This document shows, in pieces, positions 8,612 through 15,774 of a stretch of DNA of 20,000 bases. Under the pieces are notes generated by a model that had not been told where the DNA came from, searched no databases, and saw only the letters and a list, made by a program, of their open reading frames with translations. Origin of the DNA: an uncultured virus (IMG/VR IMGVR_UViG_3300030333_004509) (lineage: Duplodnaviria > Heunggongvirae > Uroviricota > Caudoviricetes); IMG/VR virus record IMGVR_UViG_3300030333_004509, positions 50,081 through 70,080 of that record; one strand, 5' to 3'. Position 1 is the first letter of the stretch. Every line of letters starts with the position of its first letter. The position numbers and the translations under genes were made by a program.

Positions 8612-9093
8612 TCACCTCCCAAACCATTCAATCGGCTGCGGGGAACACCTGTCGTCAGACCTCGAGCCAGTCGAGCTTCGTAGCAGGCCTCCCTGACGGA
8701 CTCGATCTCACTCTCAGTCAGCCAGACTACCCGGGTCTCCTTGTCGTGGCTTCCGACACTCAGTCGCTCAGCCACCCTGATGTAGTCCGTGCCCCGGTAG
8801 ATGTACTCCTTCTCCAGGCCACCGTGCTGGTCGTGGCGATGTCTCCACGGTCGGCACTTGAGCTTCGACCCGGTGTCGGGGCCAGCCTTCAGCTCGGGCT
8901 CCTCACCGGGGTCAGGGCTGGGCGCTTCCTTGCGCCTCGTCTCCAGCTCGTAGAGAACCACATCTGGCTCTTTGCCGTCCGTAATCGCAGCGATCAAGTC
9001 TTCGGCTCCCCACCTGTCTGGGCTGTCATACCCACAGATGGCTTCGTCGAAGATGAACTTGCCTGTGATCTGTACCTCGTAAACTTTCTGCAT
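8608..9093 (-). CDS. Hypothetical protein (161 aa)
   Basis: SD AGGAGGT; downstream of a conserved promoter copy (9119-9141). Confidence 0.8.
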   Translation of the reverse strand: MQKVYEVQITGKFIFDEAICGYDSPDRWGAEDLIAAITDGKEPDVVLYELETRRKEAPSPDPGEEPELKAGPDTGSKLKCRPWRHRHDQHGGLEKEYIYRGTDYIRVAERLSVGSHDKETRVVWLTESEIESVREACYEARLARGLTTGVPRSRLNGLGGE

Positions 9094-9118
9094 AGTAGTT
9101 ACCTCCTGAATCTAATGT

Positions 9119-9141
9119 TGACACGTTGGAAATATAGTCAA
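9119..9141 (-). promoter_or_regulatory. Conserved 23-bp phage promoter/operator, copy 1
   Basis: TTGACTATATTTCCAACGTGTCA on the minus strand. Confidence 0.65.
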
Positions 9142-9665
9142 CAACTTTCTTCGATCTTTTTTATAAACTGTTGAGCTGATCTTACGGTTGCAAACCTAAG
9201 CCAATCTTCTGTTTGCTCCGGTGCTTTCAGCGTAGTCCCACATCTTGCTTGCGGGTTCTTAAGTAGGACAGACCCCGGTCTCTGCTGACCGAACATACTA
9301 AACCTGTCGGTAGCAAGAACGTAAGGACCATTCCTGTGGCTACGAGTCTCGAGGATCTTAGCCAACCATTCCATGCGTTGGTTCAGGGGCAGGGGCGAGA
9401 CCACATCGTGCAGCTGGATGTATGGTTCAGACAGTCGAGCCAGGACGTACCGTCCAGCGAAGTCTTTGCATGATCCGCGGAGTGGTCCATCTAATCTCAC
9501 ATGTCGTGAGCCATTGTAGGTACGCACCAGTCCGCTGCCAATCACAACGTCCATTCCTTTGGCTAAGATCTGCATGGTCCAGTCACCTTGGGCTCGAGTC
9601 AGCTCCTCCCCCGGTGTGGGTCGAAGCGGAAACCCACACCAGGAATATCCGTTGAGCCGGGTCAA
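9138..9665 (-). CDS. Degenerate ATP-dependent DNA ligase adenylation-domain-like protein
   Basis: Probable TTG start at 9665 (TTGA overlap with the upstream stop, GAGG SD). GDWTMQILAKG aligns to motif I; LHDVVSPLPLNQRMEWL, GSVLLKNP and EDWLRF resemble FD..plxeRrxxL, EGlvlK and WlKlK. Confidence 0.5.
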   Translation of the reverse strand: MTRLNGYSWCGFPLRPTPGEELTRAQGDWTMQILAKGMDVVIGSGLVRTYNGSRHVRLDGPLRGSCKDFAGRYVLARLSEPYIQLHDVVSPLPLNQRMEWLAKILETRSHRNGPYVLATDRFSMFGQQRPGSVLLKNPQARCGTTLKAPEQTEDWLRFATVRSAQQFIKKIEESC

Positions 9666-10000
9666 GGTATGCCTCGCTTCGAGCCTGTGCATGGGCAGCA
9701 TGGGTCGGAGCACTGGCACCAGTCCTGCTGGTTCTGCCAGACTTCGTAGTGATCCTCCTCGGGACCCTCCTGCGCACAGGACAGAGTCTCGAAGACTTCG
9801 ACGTGGGGCTCCTCGTTCCAGGACACGTACCACAGAGTCTTGAACTTGCCGTCCTCTGTCGAGCGAACCTCGCACCAGCTGTCGTTGTCAATCTGGAGAT
9901 ACAGCATCACCTCGACCTGGTCTTCAGGCTCATGGTTGATCTTGTCGTCCTGCCACGGAGTCCCCTCGTACTCGGGTGGATTCGGTAGTCTGCGCATCAC
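9662..10000 (-). CDS. Acidic hypothetical protein with C-terminal Cys cluster
   Basis: Coupled via GGAGGTGAGTGATG; WCQCSDPCCPC. Confidence 0.75.
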   Translation of the reverse strand: MMRRLPNPPEYEGTPWQDDKINHEPEDQVEVMLYLQIDNDSWCEVRSTEDGKFKTLWYVSWNEEPHVEVFETLSCAQEGPEEDHYEVWQNQQDWCQCSDPCCPCTGSKRGIP

Positions 10001-10584
10001 TCACCTCCCTTTGCTTGCTCGATTGCTTCGCGCAGGTCAGCTTCCCACCGCTCTTGGCAGTCGTTCGCGTCCTTGCACTCCTGCTCGGTCCACGGGGTTC
10101 CGTCGTCCATGCCGATACCCGTCCAATAGTCGGGGAGACTAAACGGTGCCTTGTCAGCCTCGACCACACTGCTCTCCAGTGTGTCGGTGAAGCCACCACT
10201 GTCGCTGTTGACAACGACATGGAAAGCAACCAGCACACCTCGGCTCGGGTGCTTCCAGACCTTGAAGTCGAAGCAGGCCAACCAGTCGCCCATATCCCGC
10301 TCGGTGTAGACCCCCTTGGCGTCATTCTCCTCATCCGAATAGCCGGTGGTGTAGGTCAGGTGACCGTAGGCATCGAGAGACTTTAACTGGCTCTCGTCCG
10401 TGGGCACGGGCTCACCCTTTCGGCAGGGCTCAGAGCAGTACCCCTCCCACCAAGGACTCACTCCTGTGATGCCATTCTCTGGGTCAGGGTCTTCATCGGG
10501 TAGGTCGCATCCACAGCTGAAGCAGACGGTATCGTCCCAAGGCTCATCCGGTCCACCAGGATATGTTGTTCTGTAGGTCATCAC
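9997..10584 (-). CDS. Acidic hypothetical protein with putative zinc finger
   Basis: CFSC...YCSEPC; coupled junctions at both ends. Confidence 0.8.
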   Translation of the reverse strand: MMTYRTTYPGGPDEPWDDTVCFSCGCDLPDEDPDPENGITGVSPWWEGYCSEPCRKGEPVPTDESQLKSLDAYGHLTYTTGYSDEENDAKGVYTERDMGDWLACFDFKVWKHPSRGVLVAFHVVVNSDSGGFTDTLESSVVEADKAPFSLPDYWTGIGMDDGTPWTEQECKDANDCQERWEADLREAIEQAKGGE

Positions 10585-11054
10585 TCACCTCCTTGAGTCG
10601 CTGAGGCGAACAGGTCGGGGTCGCATGCCCCAGTCGTAGCCCCACAATCAGGGCATGGGACTACAGGGTTCATGTCCTCGGACAGCTTGTCCATCGCCTC
10701 GTTTGTTTGCTTGTATGTCTTGAGCTCCACGAAGCAATGCTCCTCGCAGCTGTGACACCACTGGGTCTCGGTGCTGCTCCCCGAACCGTACCAATCGTTT
10801 GGCTGACTCGTATTCGGGTTGACCCACGTCGCGACCTCGACGTCTGCGCTTCCGCATTCCTGGCACACGTACTCTTCGAGCGGAGAGTCCTCCTGCTTCA
10901 ATGCTTCCGCGGCTACGTCTGCTGCCCAGTCATCGAAGCACTGGGTGTTCTGGTCGGGTCCATTCGGGGGCAACGGGTACTCGGCGTTGTTTGCGTGGTA
11001 GTCCCTTGCGTCCACAATCTTACGGAGCGCCTCTTCCATTCGTTTACTCATCAT
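10581..11054 (-). CDS. Zinc-ribbon hypothetical protein
   Basis: CQECGS...WCHSC and CPDCG motifs; coupled junctions. Confidence 0.8.
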   Translation of the reverse strand: MMSKRMEEALRKIVDARDYHANNAEYPLPPNGPDQNTQCFDDWAADVAAEALKQEDSPLEEYVCQECGSADVEVATWVNPNTSQPNDWYGSGSSTETQWCHSCEEHCFVELKTYKQTNEAMDKLSEDMNPVVPCPDCGATTGACDPDLFASATQGGE

Positions 11055-11809
11055 CCACCCCCAATCATCTTGCTGTTGCTTCGAGCGCCAACCCCACGAT
11101 TGAGGGAGATGGTTCTACCCGCGGCTCGACCCTGAGCTGACCCGCCCACGCCTCCGCTGTAGCCGCTGCCCAACCGCGGGTTGTGCTGTCGCATGAAACC
11201 ATCCGCCCGCTGCTTCCGGGTCTGGAGTGCGATGGCCGTGCAGCTCGACACGTCCTGCCGGTTTGCTGCTCGACGCTGCTCGTACAGCTTAGCGCTGAGA
11301 CCCTGGACTGCGCCCTCGCGGAAGCGAGTCACGTCGGTGCGGCTGGGAGTCTCCCAGTAGTCGTTGCGATACTCTTCGCGGAACTTCTTAGCCAATCGCT
11401 GAATCTCACGTTCAGCTACTGAGTAGAGGTACCGCCAAACTTCCAGGTCAGACTTGTGACCATACGCCAGGGCGAAGGTGCGCCGCTTCCAGCCCTTGCG
11501 GTCTGTGGAGTCAGGCACCCAAGGGTTCCGGTTGGTGTGGCGGACGGCACGCAGAGCGGACACGTTGCAGTGGTTGGCCAGTGCCCACGCCAGCTGAATG
11601 GCCCAGGTGTTCTTCCCTACCTCGATGGCAGTCACCTCCATAGGATCTTCGCTTAGGATCTGATCCTCGCGCAGAGCGTGCAGACTGACTGCGTGTTCAC
11701 GCATGAGCTTGTCTGCCATCTTGGCTGCGGCAGCAGCTTCGCCACCCTCGGACCCCTCAGCCAATGCGAGGAGCTTGCGGATTCTGCTGGTGATTCTTTC
11801 GGTTGTCAT
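11051..11809 (-). CDS. DUF2786-family protein
   Basis: N-terminal RIRKLLALAEG...EAAAAAKMADKLMREH; LAWALANHCNV, FREGAVQGL and terminal GRAAGRTISL are typical of this phage/MGE family. Confidence 0.85.
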   Translation of the reverse strand: MTTERITSRIRKLLALAEGSEGGEAAAAAKMADKLMREHAVSLHALREDQILSEDPMEVTAIEVGKNTWAIQLAWALANHCNVSALRAVRHTNRNPWVPDSTDRKGWKRRTFALAYGHKSDLEVWRYLYSVAEREIQRLAKKFREEYRNDYWETPSRTDVTRFREGAVQGLSAKLYEQRRAANRQDVSSCTAIALQTRKQRADGFMRQHNPRLGSGYSGGVGGSAQGRAAGRTISLNRGVGARSNSKMIGGG

Positions 11810-12195
11810 TCTGCACCTTCCTTCGACAGGTTCTCTGCCTCTTCGATGATCTCTCTCATGCGAGCCATAGCGCGGCTGAAATCTCGGTCTGTCAAGGAGG
11901 TCCAGTTATCCGCGTCACCTCGACCTTGGAGCCCTCCCTCTGCGACTGCGCGTACGGAAGGCAGGACGTGATGCTTCAGCAGAGCCGACAGTAGCATGCG
12001 GGCCTCGCGAGGATACAGCTCTGCGATGTCCTCCTCGTTGAACTCGACTTCGTGCTCTTGCTCGTCGAACTCAACGGTGACGTCCGTGCCTACGTCGATG
12101 CACTCGTCCCCGATGTTGATCTCTCCGTGCACCTCGACGCACTGCGTGTGCGGTGTGACGCTCTTGTACGCTGTGAATAGTGTGATTGCTGACAT
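11806..12195 (-). CDS. Hypothetical protein (129 aa), first gene of the leftward operon
   Basis: SD AGGAG; acidic; ATGA overlap with the next gene. Confidence 0.8.
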   Translation of the reverse strand: MSAITLFTAYKSVTPHTQCVEVHGEINIGDECIDVGTDVTVEFDEQEHEVEFNEEDIAELYPREARMLLSALLKHHVLPSVRAVAEGGLQGRGDADNWTSLTDRDFSRAMARMREIIEEAENLSKEGAE

Positions 12196-12242
12196 GTGAT
12201 GTACTCCTGAGTGCGGGCTCCGTTGCCTCGCAGAATGAATGT

Positions 12243-12265
12243 TGCCACGTGGGAAACATCGACAA
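12243..12265 (-). promoter_or_regulatory. Conserved 23-bp phage promoter/operator, copy 2
   Basis: TTGTCGATGTTTCCCACGTGGCA on the minus strand. Confidence 0.65.
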
Positions 12266-12334
12266 CCCCTTGGGCAAAGAAAGTTGTAGATTGCAGCGCA
12301 GTCGTGCGATTAAAAACTTTCTGATATTTCCTCC

Positions 12335-12362
12335 TTGTCATGTTGATCGCCGTGCCTACATT
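12335..12362 (+). promoter_or_regulatory. Divergent sigma70-like promoter facing the repeat tract
   Basis: TTGTCA-N16-TACATT with AT-rich upstream sequence. Confidence 0.5.
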
Positions 12363-12446
12363 CTTTGTGAGCGGGGCACACGGCACTGACGCCAGCCTCA
12401 AGGAGGTGACGATAGCCTAAGCAAGGCGGACAGAAAGTGTCCGCGT

Positions 12447-12785
12447 AGCGTTACGACCTACGAGGGAGGGTATGTCGTAACGCTGAAAGAGCAGGTCGAA
12501 CCTAACCTATCGCCCAGTTCTTGACAGTTCTTTGACATCTCTGTTACGACCCCGTCGTAACAACCATTCAACAGGTTGAACCTGGACAATGGTCGAGCCT
12601 CGGGGGGCGTTACGACATGATCGCACAACACATAGACATGTCTCTGGATGGATAAGCATAAGCACATAAACAGGCTGCAATGACCTATCCAACCAGTCAG
12701 AAGGGTATATGTAAGAGTTTAGGTCGTAACACGTTATTTTGCGGGCGATTGTTCCGCTTCAACCTACACTCTGAGCGTTACGACC
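12447..12785. repeat. Array of seven GTTACGAC octamers in alternating orientation (candidate replication origin)
   Basis: Copies at 12450(+), 12474(-), 12543(+), 12554(-), 12609(+), 12723(-), 12777(+); non-coding; relatively AT-rich 12650-12740. Confidence 0.8.
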
Positions 12786-12786
12786 C

Positions 12787-12796
12787 NNNNNNNNNN
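12787..12796. other. Assembly/scaffold gap
   Basis: Ten N characters. Confidence 0.99.
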
Positions 12797-13330
12797 ATGG
12801 AAGACTCCACTGAACAAACGATCTCACCTGCAAACGAACCGACCACGCTTGTGCCTACCGTCGTAGTCCCGCCAGGGGAAGACGAGGTTGTGAGTATGCT
12901 GGTCGAAGAAAGCAGGTTTGAGAATGAGCCTGAGGTCCAGGCCGCCGCAGCTCGGCTACTCGAAGCCGGTTACACAGTTTCTGTGGTTGCGAGGCGGCTC
13001 CAACTCAGGCCTTCGACCCTCTGGCGCTGGTCTAAAGAACCAGATATTGCTTCAGCGATCCAAGCTGGCCGCGAATATAGACGTCAGACCTTGGGACAAG
13101 GGCTCGAGCACGCCGCTGAAGCTGCTCTATCAGCTCTTTTGGAGGTTGCGGAGGACGTTGGGGCCGCTCCAAGGGACAGAGTCAAGGCTTCTGAGGCGAT
13201 TCTGGACCGGTGTGGGATCACACCAGCCGCAGAATCCGCCGGATCTACCACAGCTGTAGCCGTAGAAGTAGATTTTGATGATAGACTGGCCCGGATCGTG
13301 GCCCAATCGGCCATCGCGCCGACTAAATAG
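12797..13330 (+). CDS. Terminase small subunit-like HTH protein (start uncertain, abuts the gap)
   Basis: HTH AARLLEAGYTVSVVARRLQLRPSTLWRW followed by helices and RVKASEAILDRCG, the usual TerS architecture. Confidence 0.65.
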   Translation: MEDSTEQTISPANEPTTLVPTVVVPPGEDEVVSMLVEESRFENEPEVQAAAARLLEAGYTVSVVARRLQLRPSTLWRWSKEPDIASAIQAGREYRRQTLGQGLEHAAEAALSALLEVAEDVGAAPRDRVKASEAILDRCGITPAAESAGSTTAVAVEVDFDDRLARIVAQSAIAPTK

Positions 13331-13361
13331 CGTATATTTTAGTATACGGAAGGACAATCCC

Positions 13362-13700
13362 ATGCACGGACAGCCGATCGCCCTGATAATCGCCAAGAAA
13401 GAAGCCGGAGCGCCGGACTTCTCCGGCCCAACCATGGATCAGGCCCGGAAAGACATGATCCACGCGCATGATTCGCCGGATCAGGCTGATCAACCGGATG
13501 AAACGTCCGATAAGGCCGGATCTAAGGACATGAAAGAGATGCATGCTGAGCTGATGGAGATTGCCGGAGAGCTGCGCAAGGCATCGGAGACTCACGCCGG
13601 ACAGGCCGACCGGATCGAAGCTCTCTGCGAGTGTATGATGAAGGCTGAGCCGGACGATGCCGGAGTCGGAGAGGCGAAGGTCTTCGAGCCCGCCGAATAA
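13362..13700 (+). CDS. Acidic hypothetical protein (112 aa)
   Basis: ATG 13362 after GGAAGGA; helix ELRKASETHAGQADRIE; gene is saturated with CCGGA. Confidence 0.65.
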   Translation: MHGQPIALIIAKKEAGAPDFSGPTMDQARKDMIHAHDSPDQADQPDETSDKAGSKDMKEMHAELMEIAGELRKASETHAGQADRIEALCECMMKAEPDDAGVGEAKVFEPAE

Positions 13701-13729
13701 AAGAAACGACCCGCCGGATTAACGGCGGG
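13698..13729 (-). terminator. Intrinsic terminator-like hairpin
   Basis: CCCGCCG-N6-CGGCGGG, followed on the minus strand by TCGTTTCTTTTA; lies between converging genes. Confidence 0.55.
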
Positions 13730-13802
13730 CCGCTGGGATGAACGGTACTGACCACATGATCCCCAGTGGTCTTACCGTTTATATACACTGTGTGCCGGGG
13801 TG

Positions 13803-14036
13803 TCAAGTCTCCCACTGCTCGAGGAACTCAACCAGCTGGACGAGTGTCAGCTTGATCTCCGGCTTCCACGGATCTCCGTGATCATCCTTCAACGACCGGA
13901 GATCCTCGAGCCACATCCGCAGCTGGCCTGGCTCCGGGTCCGGGTTGACGATCATCGCGCCCGGCTCGAGGTGCTGGTCTATCTGCTTGGCGAGCTCGTC
14001 AAGGCTCTCACTCAGCTCTCTCATTTGCTTGATCAT
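13803..14036 (-). CDS. Hypothetical protein (77 aa)
   Basis: SD GGAGGAG precedes ATG 14036; alternative start 14075. Confidence 0.65.
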   Translation of the reverse strand: MIKQMRELSESLDELAKQIDQHLEPGAMIVNPDPEPGQLRMWLEDLRSLKDDHGDPWKPEIKLTLVQLVEFLEQWET

Positions 14037-14160
14037 CGTCGGCTCCTCCGGTACGCTCGGCGTTCCCAGTAACATAGTCTGCTTGTGTAACTAAGGTATA
14101 GCATCAATACTCCAGGCAGTTTCTACTCATGCCCAGGAGTTTAGGGTTTAGGGTTGGGTC

Positions 14161-14817
14161 TCAGTGTCGGTGGTAGTCCACCACTTGAACGGTACGATCC
14201 CAGCAGGCTCGGCAGCTGCCGCAGGCGTTGTCCTGCTCGGGGGCTGGGCACTTGTGCCCCTTGCCATGGTCGACGGTCGAGTACAGGGTGCCATCCTGTC
14301 GCCAGCGCCGAGCTCCATCCTGACCGATCATCGGAGCGGACAAGCGGATGACCAGGTTATCGGGCCAGTCGCTGACCTGCTTCATGGCTTGACGGATAAG
14401 GGCGTACTCCTTGGACGGAGCCCAGAACCTAATCGAAGGAAGCAGCTGTGCGATGGAGACCCAACGGAGCACATGCTCTACCGACTGAAAGTCTCCGCTG
14501 TCATGGATGCGGAAGTATGCATCCGCGGGGTCGGTGTAGTGGCCGATCAGCCGAACCATTGCGCCAATCCAAGTGTCGGCATCTCCGGTTAGCAGTGCGG
14601 ACAGTCGGCGGTAGAGACCCTTCTGCACATCGGGTGTCCCGTAGTTACCGCGGAAGGCATAGCACTTCTCACACACAGAGCCTTTGATTTTACGGAGCTT
14701 AGCTCCGGTCGTGCACTCGCGGGCCGGTAGAGCTGTGCTCCATCCAGGCATCTTGGATGGGCGTCCGAGCCCCGACTTGTGACCTACGATTTCCTTTGCT
14801 TTCTTAAGAGTCAGCAT
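14161..14817 (-). CDS. Phage GP88-like Cys-rich (radical-SAM-like) protein
   Basis: SKMPG, C..GAKL....SVCEKCYA, FRIHDSGDF, NLVIRLS, CPA....CGSCRACWD; SD AGGAGG before ATG 14817. Confidence 0.85.
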   Translation of the reverse strand: MLTLKKAKEIVGHKSGLGRPSKMPGWSTALPARECTTGAKLRKIKGSVCEKCYAFRGNYGTPDVQKGLYRRLSALLTGDADTWIGAMVRLIGHYTDPADAYFRIHDSGDFQSVEHVLRWVSIAQLLPSIRFWAPSKEYALIRQAMKQVSDWPDNLVIRLSAPMIGQDGARRWRQDGTLYSTVDHGKGHKCPAPEQDNACGSCRACWDRTVQVVDYHRH

Positions 14818-14856
14818 GTAATCCCTCCTGAGGATAGTCCTTGATTGGACACCTAT

Positions 14857-14885
14857 AATATATGACACCCTGGAAACATTGACAA
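14857..14885 (-). promoter_or_regulatory. Conserved 23-bp phage promoter/operator, copy 3, with -10
   Basis: TTGTCA ATGTTTCCAGGGTGTCA TATATT (17-bp spacer). Confidence 0.75.
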
Positions 14886-14900
14886 GGGGGAAATATCTAC

Positions 14901-14928
14901 TTGACGAAAATAATCTCGGCACTATGTT
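14901..14928 (+). promoter_or_regulatory. Divergent sigma70-like promoter
   Basis: TTGACG-N16-TATGTT. Confidence 0.55.
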
Positions 14929-15066
14929 CTGGTCATCGGATGGACACGATCCGCCGAACCGCTTTTCCTGAGGAGGCGCTCCGCAATTCGGCGGATGCGC
15001 CTGCCCGGTAGGGGACCAACAGCCCCTGCCGGGTTCCCCCTCAGCCGTTTCTTTTGTGAGGTTATC

Positions 15067-15288
15067 ATGCCGGACACGACCACCCACACCCCGGACCTGC
15101 CGGACCTGCCGGACCGAGCGTCTGAGTTGCTCGAGGCTTGGAACCATAGCCGGACTGAGCTCCTCGCCGGACGTATCTGCTCGCTCGTTGCGATGCGGGA
15201 GCGCCGCCTAATCATGCAAACTGCAGAGGAGGTTGGCGTAACCGACCAGCTTGTTTCTATGATTGAAGAAGGTTGCACAAGGGCTTGA
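15067..15288 (+). CDS. Hypothetical protein (73 aa)
   Basis: SD GAGGT before ATG 15067; N-terminal PDLPDLPD encoded by CCGGACCTG repeats. Confidence 0.55.
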   Translation: MPDTTTHTPDLPDLPDRASELLEAWNHSRTELLAGRICSLVAMRERRLIMQTAEEVGVTDQLVSMIEEGCTRA

Positions 15289-15307
15289 CGTTCTTTCCAC
15301 GGTGTCA
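15285..15307 (+). promoter_or_regulatory. Conserved 23-bp phage promoter/operator, copy 4
   Basis: TTGACGTTCTTTCCACGGTGTCA, followed by a 5' hairpin at about 15317-15342. Confidence 0.65.
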
Positions 15308-15358
15308 ATGTTCTTGGTGTCGGGGGACTGAACCCTCGGCACTGACCCAGGAAATCAG

Positions 15359-15553
15359 ATGAGTGTAAAGCAACAAATCATTCAGTGGGCTGAGGCCAAC
15401 TACGACGAGAGCTACGCCGCTCAGGTTGTCATCGAATGCCATGGCGCCCACGACGAAGAATTCTTCGCAGAGTACGAGAGCTTGGAAGACTTCCTCGAGT
15501 ACGCGGCTGTCCTTGACGACCGCTATGCAGACATGCGCGCGGAGGTGTTCTGA
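15359..15553 (+). CDS. Small highly acidic protein
   Basis: 64 aa, D/E- and aromatic-rich; AGGA SD. Confidence 0.75.
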   Translation: MSVKQQIIQWAEANYDESYAAQVVIECHGAHDEEFFAEYESLEDFLEYAAVLDDRYADMRAEVF

Positions 15554-15774
15554 TGCCCTACATCGGAGAAGATGGACACGAATACGAGAACCAGCGGCAC
15601 TACGAAGTGTTCCCTGGTGACTGCCTATGTTGCTGCGATGAAGAGCTGGACGACGGGGGCGCAGCCTCCGAGCGCCGCATGCTCGCGGGCATGGCGCACG
15701 GGAACCAGGGACTCGCCGACCTGGAGGGGCTCGAGCTGGATGGTCCTGATCATAAGGACCATTGGTACTGGTAG
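15553..15774 (+). CDS. Small acidic protein
   Basis: TGATG coupling; SD GGAGGT; CLCCC motif. Confidence 0.7.
   Translation: MPYIGEDGHEYENQRHYEVFPGDCLCCCDEELDDGGAASERRMLAGMAHGNQGLADLEGLELDGPDHKDHWYW

Noticed and set aside
9666..9875. Long N-terminus of ORF 9138..9875
   Set aside because: Overlaps the better-supported 9662..10000 gene; a coupled TTG start with SD exists at 9665.
12447..12785. CRISPR array interpretation of the repeats
   Set aside because: Repeats are only 8-12 bp, alternate in orientation, are irregularly spaced, and no cas genes are present.
12680..12796. N-terminal extension of the TerS-like ORF
   Set aside because: It crosses an N gap of arbitrary length and overlaps the octamer repeats; likely an artefact.
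14112..14145. Hammerhead ribozyme in the minus-strand hairpin containing TGAGTAGAAAC
   Set aside because: Lacks the CUGAnGA core and three-stem architecture.
14139..14158. Telomere-like TTTAGGG repeats
   Set aside because: Only two copies, internal, in a phage context; treated as the CCTAAAC motif instead.
14818..15147. Long N-terminus of the GP88-like ORF
   Set aside because: Covers divergent promoters; a strong SD supports ATG 14817.
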